Positions 29,949-40,247 of a stretch of DNA of 64,000 nt are shown here, in pieces (positions within the stretch are counted from its first letter, which is position 1; the number at the start of each line of letters is the position of its first letter). The DNA comes from Anaerohalosphaeraceae bacterium (lineage in GTDB: Bacteria > Planctomycetota > Phycisphaerae > Sedimentisphaerales > Anaerohalosphaeraceae). Location: contig CAXXSL010000016.1 in NCBI GenBank assembly GCA_963675525.2, positions 576,001-640,000 on the forward strand, written 5' to 3'. Under the pieces are notes generated by a model that saw only the letters and a list, made by a program, of their open reading frames with translations, was not told the origin of the DNA and searched no databases. A program made the translations under genes and the position numbers.

Positions 29949-31376
29949 ATGATACCAGGCGTTATATTGATTTTATGTGCGTTGTTTCTTAATCAGTGGG
30001 CCCTTGACCCGTTTTTGCATCTTAAATCCGGCGAAATCAGTATTCTCCGGCTTGCTCTTATCTGGATATTCGATATCATCTGTATTGCCGGGGGAATAAC
30101 TCTGGTAATAAAAAGGCAGCGCTTCCTTCTTTCGCTTAAAAAGATGTTTTTCACGGCGATAACGATTTTCTTAATGGTCTTGTTTATGGAATGCACCCTG
30201 CAGATACTTGTACGAGTTTCTCCAAAAATCGACTCGCTTATTACATCGAAAAATATTCCACATACACTTGCCGATCCGGAACTTGGTCTTCGCGGAAACC
30301 CCGAATTCCCGGAACATGATGCCTGGGGATTCAGAAATCGCACAACCCTTTCCCACTCTGAAATTGTTGCAATTGGTGACTCTCAAACATATGGTACCGG
30401 CGTAAAACAGCATCAAGCCTGGCCCCAGCAACTCAGTAAAATATCCGGGAAATCGGTGTATAACATGTCTTTAGGCGGTTATGGAAGCGTCGAGGGCCTG
30501 ATTTTATTGAAGACCAAATCGCTGCAATTGAATCCCCAATATGTTATTTTTATGATGTTTGACGGAAACGACTTGGTAGATGCTTATGATGCCGTATATA
30601 ATTTTGATCTATATAATAAATTCAAATCAACCGATTCCGTAATACAAGAAACAATTTTAAAGCTTGAAAAAGAAGACCCTCTAACCTCAAAGACCAGGGA
30701 AGCCTCATCCCGTATATGGTCGAATAAACCAATTTCAACAAATAAAGAAACAGTGGCACCGGAGCAAGCAAAAAGCTTTGGCGCGTCGATTAAGCAACTG
30801 AAGCTCTTTCGATCATTTTTTTCTTTGGAACGAACGTTGCAGGCGACTTTTTTTAATAAACGAGAATATCGCTTTACAAAAATATCAAAGCAGCTCGAAA
30901 GCTCGGACTCTGATATATTTGAAATTTTCGAATGTAATGGGTTTAAGACAGTCATGACACCTTCCTATCGGAAACTGGGCTTGAATATCGAAGACCCCCG
31001 GCTTCAGGAGGGCCTCAGAATCACCCTCGATGCATTTAGCGATATGAAACAACTGACAGACTCTAAATCCATCAATTTTTTGGTCCTCTTGCTTCCAACA
31101 AAAGGTTTCGTTTTTTGTGATTATCTCTCCCGCCATGGGATGGAACCGCCCGAATCGATGGCTTCGAGTATTCAGCTTGAAGACAAAATAAGAAGTCGGA
31201 CCATGGAATATCTTCAAGAGCACCAAATCCCTTACATGGACACACTCCCTATATTGCATGATTGTTTCGAGCAGAACAAACAACCTTTTTTCGTAGATCC
31301 CGATGGGCATATAAACCAAATCGGGCACAATGCGATTGCAAAAGCACTGTTCGAGTATATCGAAAAAAAACAATGA
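29949..31376 (+). CDS. Membrane-anchored SGNH/GDSL hydrolase (AlgX/AlgJ-like)
   Basis: IGDSQTYG, GND, DGHINQIGH; N-terminal TMs; AT-rich. Confidence 0.8.
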   Translation: MIPGVILILCALFLNQWALDPFLHLKSGEISILRLALIWIFDIICIAGGITLVIKRQRFLLSLKKMFFTAITIFLMVLFMECTLQILVRVSPKIDSLITSKNIPHTLADPELGLRGNPEFPEHDAWGFRNRTTLSHSEIVAIGDSQTYGTGVKQHQAWPQQLSKISGKSVYNMSLGGYGSVEGLILLKTKSLQLNPQYVIFMMFDGNDLVDAYDAVYNFDLYNKFKSTDSVIQETILKLEKEDPLTSKTREASSRIWSNKPISTNKETVAPEQAKSFGASIKQLKLFRSFFSLERTLQATFFNKREYRFTKISKQLESSDSDIFEIFECNGFKTVMTPSYRKLGLNIEDPRLQEGLRITLDAFSDMKQLTDSKSINFLVLLLPTKGFVFCDYLSRHGMEPPESMASSIQLEDKIRSRTMEYLQEHQIPYMDTLPILHDCFEQNKQPFFVDPDGHINQIGHNAIAKALFEYIEKKQ

Positions 31377-31508
31377 CAAAACTTGACGTATCGTCTATCA
31401 TTTACATATGATATGACCCTTTTGAGAAACTAATCTTTATTTGCGAAAACTAGCATAGGAAGAAATCCGGAAAACAATGGCTCACACTCGACCCAAGGAA
31501 AAGTGTCT

Positions 31509-33356
31509 ATGGTAAAACCTGTCTATATTTTAGGGGTTTCCGGCTTGTACCATGACAGTGCAGCAGCCATGTTGCGTGACGGGAAGATCATTGCCGCAGC
31601 CCAGGAAGAACGTTTCTCGCGGAAAAAACATGACTACCGGATGCCGATTCATGCAATTGAGTATTGTCTTAAAGAGGCCGGAATTGAACCGGACACTTTA
31701 AACTATGTCGTGTTTTATGAAAAACCGCTGCAGAAATTCGACCGTTTACTGGAAACATATTTTGCTTATGCCCCCCGCGGATTTCGCCAATTTCTAATGG
31801 GAATCCCTCAATGGCTCAAAGAAAAACTGCATATTCCTCGTGAATTAGATAAGGCCCTGGGCAAGCAGTTTAAAGGGCGGTTTGTTTTTACTGAACACCA
31901 TGAGTCCCATGCCGCCAGTGCCTTCTTCCCAAGCCCGTTTTCGGAAGCCGCAATCGTTACATTAGACGGCGTAGGCGAATGGACAACCGCCAGCATCGGA
32001 ACAGGTCACGGCAACAAAATCGAACTTCAATACGAACTTCATTTTCCGCATTCCCTGGGACTGCTATACTCGGCCTTTACTTACTTTACAGGATTCAAAG
32101 TCAACTCCGGTGAATATAAACTGATGGGGTTGGCGCCTTATGGTGAGCCTGTCTATACCGACTTGATTCTGGATAAACTGCTGGACCTGAAAGAAGACGG
32201 TTCCTTCCGCCTTAATATGGATTATTTTACCTACTGCTATACGGATGTTATGGTCGGTAAAAAATTCGAGGAGCTTTTTGACGGACCGCCGCGCAAGCCG
32301 GAATCGCCCCTGACGCTGCGGGAAATGAACCTGGCTGCTTCCGTCCAGAAAGTGACCGAAGAGATCATGCTGCGAATAACTCATTTTGCCCATGAGAAAA
32401 CCGGGATGAAAAACCTCGTTCTGGCCGGAGGCGTTGCTCTCAATTGCGTCGGAAACGGTCGCATCTTGCGTGAAAGTGCTTTTGACGATATCTGGATACA
32501 GCCGGCCGCAGGCGATGCCGGCGGTGCCTTGGGCGCCGCGTTGTTCGTACACCACCAATTGCTGGATAATCCGAGGCAGTCAGGCGGCAGAAATGACTTA
32601 CAGTTCGCATCCTATCTTGGCCCGGAATACACTGACGAGCAAATTAACGAGTACCTGGAATCGATCCATTCAAAGTATCACTACTACGAGGACGAAAGTG
32701 CGTTATTGGAGCGGATCGCCAAAGACATTGAGGAGGGCAAAGTCATCGGCTGGTTCCAGGGACGGATGGAATTTGGTCCGCGAGCTTTGGGAAACCGGAG
32801 CATTCTCGGTGACGCTCGTAATGAGAAAATGCAATCGGTCATGAATCTAAAAATTAAGTTTAGAGAGTCGTTTCGTCCGTTTGCTCCAAGTGTTCTGCAG
32901 GAAGATGCCGGGCGTTATTTCGAATTGTCAGACCACGCTCAAAGCCCTTATATGCTGCTGGTGGCTCCTGTGCAGGAAAGTCAGCGAATTAAACTTGATG
33001 ACGACAAAAAACGTACCGGCATTGAGCTTTTAAAGATCAAACGCAGCCGGATACCCGGCATTACGCATGTTGATTACTCAGCTCGCGTCCAAACGGTTGA
33101 TGTCGATCGTCATGGACGATATTATCGGTTACTAAAAAAATTCAACGAGCTAACCGGCTGTCCGCTGGTCATTAATACAAGTTTTAATATTCGCGGCGAG
33201 CCGATTGTGTGCAGCCCGGAAAATGCGTTTTATTGTTTTCAGGCAACAAATATGGATGTACTGGTCCTCGGGAATTATGTTCTGTATAAAGATGAACAAC
33301 CCCAAATGAAGAAAGTTGAAATCGATGAATACCTGGCGCAATTTGATTTAGACTGA
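31509..33356 (+). CDS. Carbamoyltransferase (CmcH/NodU family)
   Basis: HDSAA..AAQEERF, EHHESHAASAF, EFGPRALGNRS, NTSFN. Confidence 0.96.
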   Translation: MVKPVYILGVSGLYHDSAAAMLRDGKIIAAAQEERFSRKKHDYRMPIHAIEYCLKEAGIEPDTLNYVVFYEKPLQKFDRLLETYFAYAPRGFRQFLMGIPQWLKEKLHIPRELDKALGKQFKGRFVFTEHHESHAASAFFPSPFSEAAIVTLDGVGEWTTASIGTGHGNKIELQYELHFPHSLGLLYSAFTYFTGFKVNSGEYKLMGLAPYGEPVYTDLILDKLLDLKEDGSFRLNMDYFTYCYTDVMVGKKFEELFDGPPRKPESPLTLREMNLAASVQKVTEEIMLRITHFAHEKTGMKNLVLAGGVALNCVGNGRILRESAFDDIWIQPAAGDAGGALGAALFVHHQLLDNPRQSGGRNDLQFASYLGPEYTDEQINEYLESIHSKYHYYEDESALLERIAKDIEEGKVIGWFQGRMEFGPRALGNRSILGDARNEKMQSVMNLKIKFRESFRPFAPSVLQEDAGRYFELSDHAQSPYMLLVAPVQESQRIKLDDDKKRTGIELLKIKRSRIPGITHVDYSARVQTVDVDRHGRYYRLLKKFNELTGCPLVINTSFNIRGEPIVCSPENAFYCFQATNMDVLVLGNYVLYKDEQPQMKKVEIDEYLAQFDLD

Positions 33357-33366
33357 GAGTATTTTA

Positions 33367-33786
33367 ATGGCTTTGGTTTCCTTAAATTTAAACCCTACAG
33401 AAAAACAGCTTCGGGAGTTTGGGCTGGCCGGATTGTGCATGTGCGTCGCAATTGGTTTGCTCCTGTTTCTGACAAACAGAATCGGCCTCAACGGAATTTT
33501 CCTTGCGATCGGGATCGGCGCGGCCTTATTTGTACTGAGCCGGATTTCAACAGGTCTGATCAAGCCGGTTTATCTGGTTCTGATCGTCGTTACATTCCCC
33601 ATCGGCTGGTTGATCAGTCACTTTTTTATGGGATTATTTTATTTCGGGATCGTGACCCCGGTGGCATTGATCTTTAAAATGCTTGGACGCGACCCATTAA
33701 ACAGGAAATACGATAAAAACGCACAAACCTATTGGATTTCACATAAGAAAAAAAAATCTGCGAAAGATTACTTCCGTCAATTTTAG
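33367..33786 (+). CDS. SxtJ family membrane protein
   Basis: LREFG, PIGW, VTPVA..GRDPL..YW..RQF. Confidence 0.88.
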   Translation: MALVSLNLNPTEKQLREFGLAGLCMCVAIGLLLFLTNRIGLNGIFLAIGIGAALFVLSRISTGLIKPVYLVLIVVTFPIGWLISHFFMGLFYFGIVTPVALIFKMLGRDPLNRKYDKNAQTYWISHKKKKSAKDYFRQF

Positions 33787-33793
33787 GTGACTT

Positions 33794-33982
33794 ATGTCTG
33801 ATAAAGATTTTGAACAACTGTCGCAAAAAAAACGCACTTCGCTGCTTTCGGAATTCTGGGATTTTCTAAAACACAATAAGAAATGGTGGCTGTTACCGAT
33901 AATCGTGATCTTATTGCTGCTGGGCATCCTTGTGTTATTGAGCAGTTCGGCAATTGCGCCGTTCATATACCCGCTTTTTTAG
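33794..33982 (+). CDS. DUF5989 (SxtK-like) small membrane protein
   Basis: EFWDFLKHNKKWWLLP...APFIYPLF. Confidence 0.9.
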   Translation: MSDKDFEQLSQKKRTSLLSEFWDFLKHNKKWWLLPIIVILLLLGILVLLSSSAIAPFIYPLF

Positions 33983-34223
33983 AATCGATATAAGTCTCGA
34001 AGCGGCGGTGGCGGTCTATCTGTTACCATGGGCATTATTGCGTGGGTCAGGCGATACCCTTTTTTGCGTTAAATCCTGTCAATTTCATTCGGTCTCTCTC
34101 TATTGAGGCGGGCTTAACACTAACAACGACGAGAAAAAAGCTGATACGCTGCGAAGTAAATCGGCGGATTTTGCTCGTTTTTTGCCCAAAAACCATGTAT
34201 TCCATGGAAAATTTCCTCTCTTA

Positions 34224-34252
34224 TTGACATTGGGCACAAATATCGTTACAAT
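34224..34252 (+). promoter_or_regulatory. Promoter of tRNA-His
   Basis: TTGACA-N17-TACAAT followed by a GC-rich discriminator. Confidence 0.75.
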
Positions 34253-34307
34253 TCGCCTCCTTGTGAGATTCGCTTAAACGCGGATTGGCCCGTAGAGGGC
34301 AGATTAT

Positions 34308-34382
34308 GGTGGATGTAGCTCAGTCGGTTAGAGCACCAGATTGTGGATCTGGGGGTCGGGGGTTCGAATCTCCTCATCCACC
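34308..34382 (+). tRNA. tRNA-His (GTG); G-1 encoded, CCA not encoded
   Basis: GTGGATG/CATCCAC acceptor stem, TAGCTCAG D arm, CCAGA-TTGTGGA-TCTGG anticodon arm, GGTTCGAATC T loop. Confidence 0.96.
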
Positions 34383-34600
34383 CTTTTTTAACAACCCTCA
34401 GAAAATCGTCCGCTGTGTTCCAGACAGGGGCGGTTTTTTTGTATTTTGACGCGTTTTTTGATCTTTTCTCTTTTTTTCAAACCTGGTTGATAAGTGATCT
34501 TATATTCCTTATACTTCTAAGCAGGCATATGGGTACTTATTCGCCATGTGCGGCAGATAAATGGAATATTGAAAGAAACGAAAATCAAGTAGAGCGGACG

Positions 34601-35530
34601 ATGCATAGCTTTGACAAACTCGCGAAATCGTATCATGCCGATGAAAAAACGGATGTCAGTGATTTTCAGAGAAAGGCCCGTCTTCTTCAATCGATGTGGC
34701 GAAAAGAAATGGGTTACAAGGCCGGAGAATACCAAGGTAAAAAAAGAGGGAATTATCTGCCGATGCCCTGGGCAAAAGATACTCTCAATAACTATTTATC
34801 GGATACGATCAAAAAAGTTGTTGTCAATGAAGTATTAAATCAGTCGGACAGCGGTAAGTTTTACGGCAAGCCAAGAATATTTAATAATCTCCTTTCCAGC
34901 CAACCTCTCTGCTTTAACTTATTCGCTGAACTGCAACAGGATCTGTTTCTTGCGACCAAAGTATTCAGGCAGTTATGTCCCCATCGCGTCCATAATGTGG
35001 TAAGAATCGAATTCGAGCACTCTCCCGGAAGAAAAGATCCTTCCTATTTAGGCGACCTTTCTGCGTTTGACGTTTATGTGGAATTCTTCAACAAGTCGAA
35101 CGAAAAGGGGTTTATCGGGATCGAGGTTAAATATCATGAAAATCTCAGGAATACACCGGCCGAGATCAAAGACAGATATTTTGAAGTGGCCTCTTCTATG
35201 GGATGCTTTAAAGGTGAGTGTTTCGATGTTCTTCAACGCTCTCCTCTCCAACAGATATGGAGAGATCATCTGTTAGCGGGCAGCCTGTTGTATTCGGCTA
35301 AAGATAATTTTAAGGATGGTTTTTTTGTTTTTCTCTTTCCCCAAAAGAATTTACACTGCCAGGAAGCCGTTAAGAAATATAAGAAGTGCCTCACTGTAGA
35401 CAGGACGTTCCAGGCCTGGACCTTAGAGGATGCGGCAGAAGCGATCAAACAGAATACAAAAGATCGGTGGATTGATGAGCTGATCGACAGGTATTTAAAG
35501 TTTGAGAAAATAAAAGAAACAGGAACGTAA
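34601..35530 (+). CDS. PD-(D/E)XK putative restriction endonuclease (PGN_0703-like)
   Basis: NLLSSQPLCFNLF, FEHSP, SAFDV...IEVKYHE; AT-rich; start at MHSF because the ORF-track start overlaps the tRNA. Confidence 0.7.
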   Translation: MHSFDKLAKSYHADEKTDVSDFQRKARLLQSMWRKEMGYKAGEYQGKKRGNYLPMPWAKDTLNNYLSDTIKKVVVNEVLNQSDSGKFYGKPRIFNNLLSSQPLCFNLFAELQQDLFLATKVFRQLCPHRVHNVVRIEFEHSPGRKDPSYLGDLSAFDVYVEFFNKSNEKGFIGIEVKYHENLRNTPAEIKDRYFEVASSMGCFKGECFDVLQRSPLQQIWRDHLLAGSLLYSAKDNFKDGFFVFLFPQKNLHCQEAVKKYKKCLTVDRTFQAWTLEDAAEAIKQNTKDRWIDELIDRYLKFEKIKETGT

Positions 35531-35606
35531 GGCTGCAACTCACTAAAATATACGAACCGGACCTGAGGAAGGGGGCGGCGATTATAAATCACATGATGTT
35601 CATTTG

Positions 35607-36767
35607 TTAGGTTCCTCTTTTTAAGCTATCGTCGCCGTATTTTCCCCGGATCTTATCAAACGCCGAATCGATCTTCTTCTGTTTTTCCTCATCCGGGTCA
35701 GCAAACAGCAGTTTCTGGCCACTCCCTTCGGCAGACAGTCCGGACGTACCAAACCCCAGCAGTCTCAATGCCCCGGCGGACTTCTTATACCATTCATTAA
35801 ATATGTTCTGTGCTTCCTGCAGGAGCGTTTGCGTCGTATGCGTCGGCCTGTCGAGCGTGAAGCTGCGCGTCGCTGTTTTAAAGTCGCCGTATCTGAATTT
35901 CAGCATAATCGTTCTGCAATGCAATTTCTCTGCCCTGAGCCGCTGGGCAACTTCTTCTACCTGATCGTGTAAAATAGCGAGCAAGACTTCTTTCTCTGAA
36001 ATATCGGCCGGAAATGTTTTTTCCGCTGAGATGCTCTTGGCCTCCGTATGCGGTTCTACTTTCCGGTTATCGATCCCCTGTGCCAATTTAAGAATATCAT
36101 CTGCTTGATTCTTGAAGATCATGGACAGTTTATATTTGGGAGCCGTCCGGAGCTGCACTATTGTGTGGATGCCGTGTTTCTGGAGTTCCTTATTGGTAAC
36201 TTTTCCAATCCCCCATATCTTAGACACAGGAAGCGGGTCAAGGACCTGCTGTTTATTTGCTTCGGTAATAATGACAAAACCATCGGGTTTTTCTAAATCA
36301 GATGCCAGTTTAGCCAAAAATTTATTCGGGGCAATCCCCACCGAAGCCGTCAGGCTCGTCTGTTCTTTGATCTCCGCTTTTATCTTTTTACCAATTGTTT
36401 CCGCCGAGCCAAATATTCCAATACAGCCGGTCACATCCAAAAATGCTTCATCGATAGAGATCGGTTCCACCTCCGGCGTGTAGTTATGGAAGATATGATG
36501 GATCTGTTTGGAGACTTCGACATATCTTGACATTCTGACCGGCAGGATGATGGCATCCGGACAGAGCCTCAGCGCCTGACTCATCGGCATTGCCGAGTGG
36601 ATACCGAATTGCCGGGCCGGGTAGGAACAGGCCGCGACGACCCCGCGCTGCCGGGGAGTCGACCCCACAAGGATAGGTTTGCCCTGCAATGCGGGGTTAT
36701 CCTTAACCTCGACTGAGGCATAAAAGGCATCCATGTCAATATGCAGTATGTAACCGGCAGATTCCAT
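35607..36767 (-). CDS. dinB: DNA polymerase IV
   Basis: HIDMDAFYASVE, SYPARQFGIHSAM, SIDEAFLD; TATAAT 6 nt before the ATG suggests a leaderless mRNA. Confidence 0.96.
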   Translation of the reverse strand: MESAGYILHIDMDAFYASVEVKDNPALQGKPILVGSTPRQRGVVAACSYPARQFGIHSAMPMSQALRLCPDAIILPVRMSRYVEVSKQIHHIFHNYTPEVEPISIDEAFLDVTGCIGIFGSAETIGKKIKAEIKEQTSLTASVGIAPNKFLAKLASDLEKPDGFVIITEANKQQVLDPLPVSKIWGIGKVTNKELQKHGIHTIVQLRTAPKYKLSMIFKNQADDILKLAQGIDNRKVEPHTEAKSISAEKTFPADISEKEVLLAILHDQVEEVAQRLRAEKLHCRTIMLKFRYGDFKTATRSFTLDRPTHTTQTLLQEAQNIFNEWYKKSAGALRLLGFGTSGLSAEGSGQKLLFADPDEEKQKKIDSAFDKIRGKYGDDSLKRGT

Positions 36768-36978
36768 ACGGCTATTATAATAAGTAGGGAAAGAGAGGAA
36801 AAGTTAAAATATAGGACAGTACTACCGAATAGACGTCGCCGGTTCGAATCTCCTCATCCGCCCTTTTTTCTTTTCACTTCACTCAATCCTTATTCCTATT
36901 GCCTGCATTGATTTATTGTGCTATGATATTGACCGGAAAAGCGTCCTTTTTACCGTTTCGCCTTCTTCAAACGGAAGC

Positions 36979-38778
36979 ATGATGGAAAAAGATGAAAGAT
37001 TATTTCGGTCTCTTGCGGATTGCTCACCTGTGGGGCTGTATCTTGCAGATGTAAACGGTAACTGTAAGTATGTCAATAAAAGCTGGTGCCGTATGGCCGG
37101 ACTTGAACCGGATGAAGCCCTCGGGCAGGGATGGAGGGAGGGAATTTTTCCGGGAGATCGAAACAGGATCCGGGAGCAATGGTCTCGGCTCGTTGAAGGA
37201 AAGGAGCAATGGGATCTGGAATACCGCTTTCAGGACCGCCGGGGAAATATTACCTGGGTACATGGTACCGCGACTCCATTCCACAATGACCAATTTTCCG
37301 GCTATCTCGGCACGAATGTTGATATTACCGAACGCAAACAGGCCGAAGAAGAAATTCAGAAAAAATCTCACCAGCAGAATGTTATTCTGGACAGCATCCC
37401 GTCGGTTACCATGCTGATTCGACACGACACAAAAGAAGTCTTAGCCTGCAATAAGGCCGCCGAACGTGTCGGCGTCGTTGTGGGCCAAACCTGTTACAAG
37501 ACCAGACACAACAAAAACAAACCCTGCTCCTCCTGTTTGGCCAACGAGCTGCGCGCAACCGGCAAGAAACAGTATCTTCAAACCCGGGAAGACGGCTGCT
37601 ACCGGGACAACTATTGGGTTCCGGTAACAGAAGACCTGTATCTGTTCTATGCTTATGATAATACTAAGCAAAAGATAATAGAGGAATCGCTTCGGGAAAG
37701 CGAAGAGAAATTTCGCCGATTGTTTACGGATTCGACAGTTGCCATGAGTCTTTTAACAATGGATAGAACACTTCTTCAGGTGAACAATGCTTTATGTGAT
37801 TTTCTTGGGTACTCCAAATATGAATTTGAAACATTACGCCTTGAAGATATCACCCATTCGGATGACCTGGAAAAGAGCCTCTTGAGCCATACCAACTTAA
37901 TTAGCGGTCAATCTCGTTCTTTCAGCATGGAAAAACGTTTTATTCATAAAAACGGAACGCTAAAATGGGGCCTGATCACGGTGTCTGTCATACCCAATGA
38001 AAAAGGTCAACCTCTCTATCACTTGGCACAAGTCGTGGATATTACCGAACGGAAAGAAGCCGTAGCAGCATTGCTGGAATACCAGAAAAAATTACAGTCC
38101 GTAGCATCAGAATTGCTGCTGGCTGAAGAAAACCTACAAAAGAAAATTGGTGGCGAATTGCACGACGGCGTTTGCCAACTCCTTGTTTCCTGCAAAATGA
38201 GCCTTGGTCGATTGAAAGATTCGCTTGAGAATCAAGCGGCGGTGTGTTACGTCAAGGAAATATCGGCCACGATGGACAGGGCGATCGAACAGATACGTAC
38301 GCTTAGCTTTAATCTTACCAACCCTGTCTTGTTTGAACTGGGATTTTGTAAGGCCATCGAAGATTTGGCAGAAGACTATCTGCAAAAAAAACATAATATC
38401 AGGACGAACATCATCTGTGAGGATCTTAAATGTAAGGGTCTTGCGCCTCATCTTTCAGATGAATTAAAAGGCGTCGTTTACCGAGCCGTCAAGGAGCTGT
38501 TTGTGAATATCGTCAAACATGCCCATGCCGACACCGTTGAGATCAAGATAACATGCAAACAAAAACTCTTACGGGTCAAAATCGTCGATGACGGCGTTGG
38601 ATTTGATTATGCTGCTGAACTTAACAACCGTAAATCCGGACACAAGCTCGGTTTATTTATTATCATGGAGAGGCTTGGTTATTTCCAGGGGCGTATCGAT
38701 CTTGAAGCAAGTCAAGGCAAAGGAACAAAAGCCGTCATCGAAGTCCCATTGTCACGCAGAGAGGGAGCCTGTGAATAA
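36979..38778 (+). CDS. Multi-PAS sensor histidine kinase (HisKA_3 type)
   Basis: PAS/PAC DITERK motifs, ELHDGVCQLL, NIVKHA, DDGVGF. Confidence 0.92.
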   Translation: MMEKDERLFRSLADCSPVGLYLADVNGNCKYVNKSWCRMAGLEPDEALGQGWREGIFPGDRNRIREQWSRLVEGKEQWDLEYRFQDRRGNITWVHGTATPFHNDQFSGYLGTNVDITERKQAEEEIQKKSHQQNVILDSIPSVTMLIRHDTKEVLACNKAAERVGVVVGQTCYKTRHNKNKPCSSCLANELRATGKKQYLQTREDGCYRDNYWVPVTEDLYLFYAYDNTKQKIIEESLRESEEKFRRLFTDSTVAMSLLTMDRTLLQVNNALCDFLGYSKYEFETLRLEDITHSDDLEKSLLSHTNLISGQSRSFSMEKRFIHKNGTLKWGLITVSVIPNEKGQPLYHLAQVVDITERKEAVAALLEYQKKLQSVASELLLAEENLQKKIGGELHDGVCQLLVSCKMSLGRLKDSLENQAAVCYVKEISATMDRAIEQIRTLSFNLTNPVLFELGFCKAIEDLAEDYLQKKHNIRTNIICEDLKCKGLAPHLSDELKGVVYRAVKELFVNIVKHAHADTVEIKITCKQKLLRVKIVDDGVGFDYAAELNNRKSGHKLGLFIIMERLGYFQGRIDLEASQGKGTKAVIEVPLSRREGACE

Positions 38779-39415
38779 TATCAGTGTAATTCTTGTCGAA
38801 GATCATATGATCGTCAGAGAAGGCCTGAAGGCTCTTGTTTCAGACTGTGAGGAAATTGAAATGGAGGTCGTTGCTGAGGCCGACAATGGCCGCACGGCGG
38901 TCGAACTGTGCCGGGAACTGAATCCGGACTTCGTATTTATGGACATTACCCTGCCGGAGTTAAGTGGGATCGAGGCAACGCGGCAAATATTAGATATCCA
39001 TCCCGATACCAAGATCATTGCTCTTTCGATCCACATCCGAAAAAGTTTCATTGTTGATATGTTTAAAGCAGGAGCTTGCGGCTATGTTCTAAAAGAAGCT
39101 GCTTTTGACGAATTGATCCATGCAGTCAAATCCGTTTTAGCCGGTAAAACGTATCTTAGCAAGGGACTAAGCAATATGGCAGGTGAAATCTTAAACGGGA
39201 ATCGATTCGCCAAGGCAGTCCATCTGACACCGCGCGAAAGAGAGGTTACCCAGCTCATCGCCGAAGGCAAAAGCAACAAGGAAATCGCCGCGACTATTCA
39301 TCGAAGCGTGAAAACCGTCGATATGCATCGCCAGCACATTATGAACAAGCTGGACCTCCACACCGCCGCTGACATCACAAAATACGCGATTCGGGAAGGG
39401 TTGACAACACTATAG
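38771..39415 (+). CDS. NarL/LuxR family response regulator
   Basis: GTG start; VEDHMIVREGL, MDITLP, LTPREREV..GKSNKEIA. Confidence 0.93.
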   Translation: MNNISVILVEDHMIVREGLKALVSDCEEIEMEVVAEADNGRTAVELCRELNPDFVFMDITLPELSGIEATRQILDIHPDTKIIALSIHIRKSFIVDMFKAGACGYVLKEAAFDELIHAVKSVLAGKTYLSKGLSNMAGEILNGNRFAKAVHLTPREREVTQLIAEGKSNKEIAATIHRSVKTVDMHRQHIMNKLDLHTAADITKYAIREGLTTL

Positions 39416-39585
39416 GGAATAACACCTTCTTTTTGGCAGTATTCCTGCCCGTTAAAAACAGGTATTTACCCTATATTATTATTAGGTGTATATGCCGATA
39501 ATAGTATTAGTGGTGCCTTATTAGAGGCTTTTTACCATTCCATAATTTTCATGGCCGTCACTGTGATATTTAAGGAATTCGACCT

Positions 39586-40005
39586 ATGGCCTACAACCCT
39601 ATTCTATTTTATGTCGAGGACGATGGCGCAGTCATCCGGCTGGTCGAGAAAAACCTCAAAGACACCGCAAAACTAATCTATTTTAAGCGGGGCGACGTAT
39701 TCCTCGATTTTTTAGGTCGGTATTCTACCGTGCCGCGGGAACCGGATCGGGATGTTATTGTTCTTCTCGATCTGAATCTGCCTGATATGCACGGAACAAC
39801 CATTTTAGAGACCATTCGACAGTCTCCGGATATCTGGGTTCGCCAGTTGCCGGTTATTATTTTCACCTCATCCGATGACCCCGAAGACCGGGAAAGATGC
39901 GAGTTGCTAGGCTGCACAGCTTACCTCCAAAAATCCTTCGAAGATGACAGGTTGATCCAAGCGATCCAAAAGGTTGATTCCGAAAAAGCATATATTTTCG
40001 GATAA
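39586..40005 (+). CDS. Single-domain response regulator
   Basis: VEDD, LLDLNLPDMHG, FTSS, YLQK. Confidence 0.88.
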   Translation: MAYNPILFYVEDDGAVIRLVEKNLKDTAKLIYFKRGDVFLDFLGRYSTVPREPDRDVIVLLDLNLPDMHGTTILETIRQSPDIWVRQLPVIIFTSSDDPEDRERCELLGCTAYLQKSFEDDRLIQAIQKVDSEKAYIFG

Positions 40006-40247
40006 TGAACAAAGAGAACCTGCCCGTCAGAAATCCGTCGATGTGCATCATCAACAGAGGTTTATGAAAGCAGTGTTTAAATTGATTTTGCGTCTTTTTT
40101 CTGCTCCTTCTCTCACTTGTCCCTTTATGGGGATTTTATTCGGAGGGTTTCCAACTAACTCTATAGATAATGGATTATTTTTTATTTGATATCTCGTGCA
40201 CCTCCGATATAATCAGAGATGTTGTTTTTTACAAAAGGAACCGTCGC

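Larger units (their letters stand above)
34361..36868. mobile_element. tRNA-His-anchored islet bounded by att-like direct repeats; no integrase
   Basis: GGTTCGAATCTCCTCATCC(A/G)CCCTTTTT at both 34361 and 36841. Confidence 0.8.

Noticed and set aside
31509..33982. Saxitoxin biosynthesis cluster
   Set aside because: Only the SxtI/J/K-like trio is present; there is no sxtA, sxtG or other core gene, and the trio is widespread
34343..34600. N-terminal extension of the 395-aa ORF
   Set aside because: It overlaps tRNA-His and its terminator; the ATG at 34601 is the plausible start
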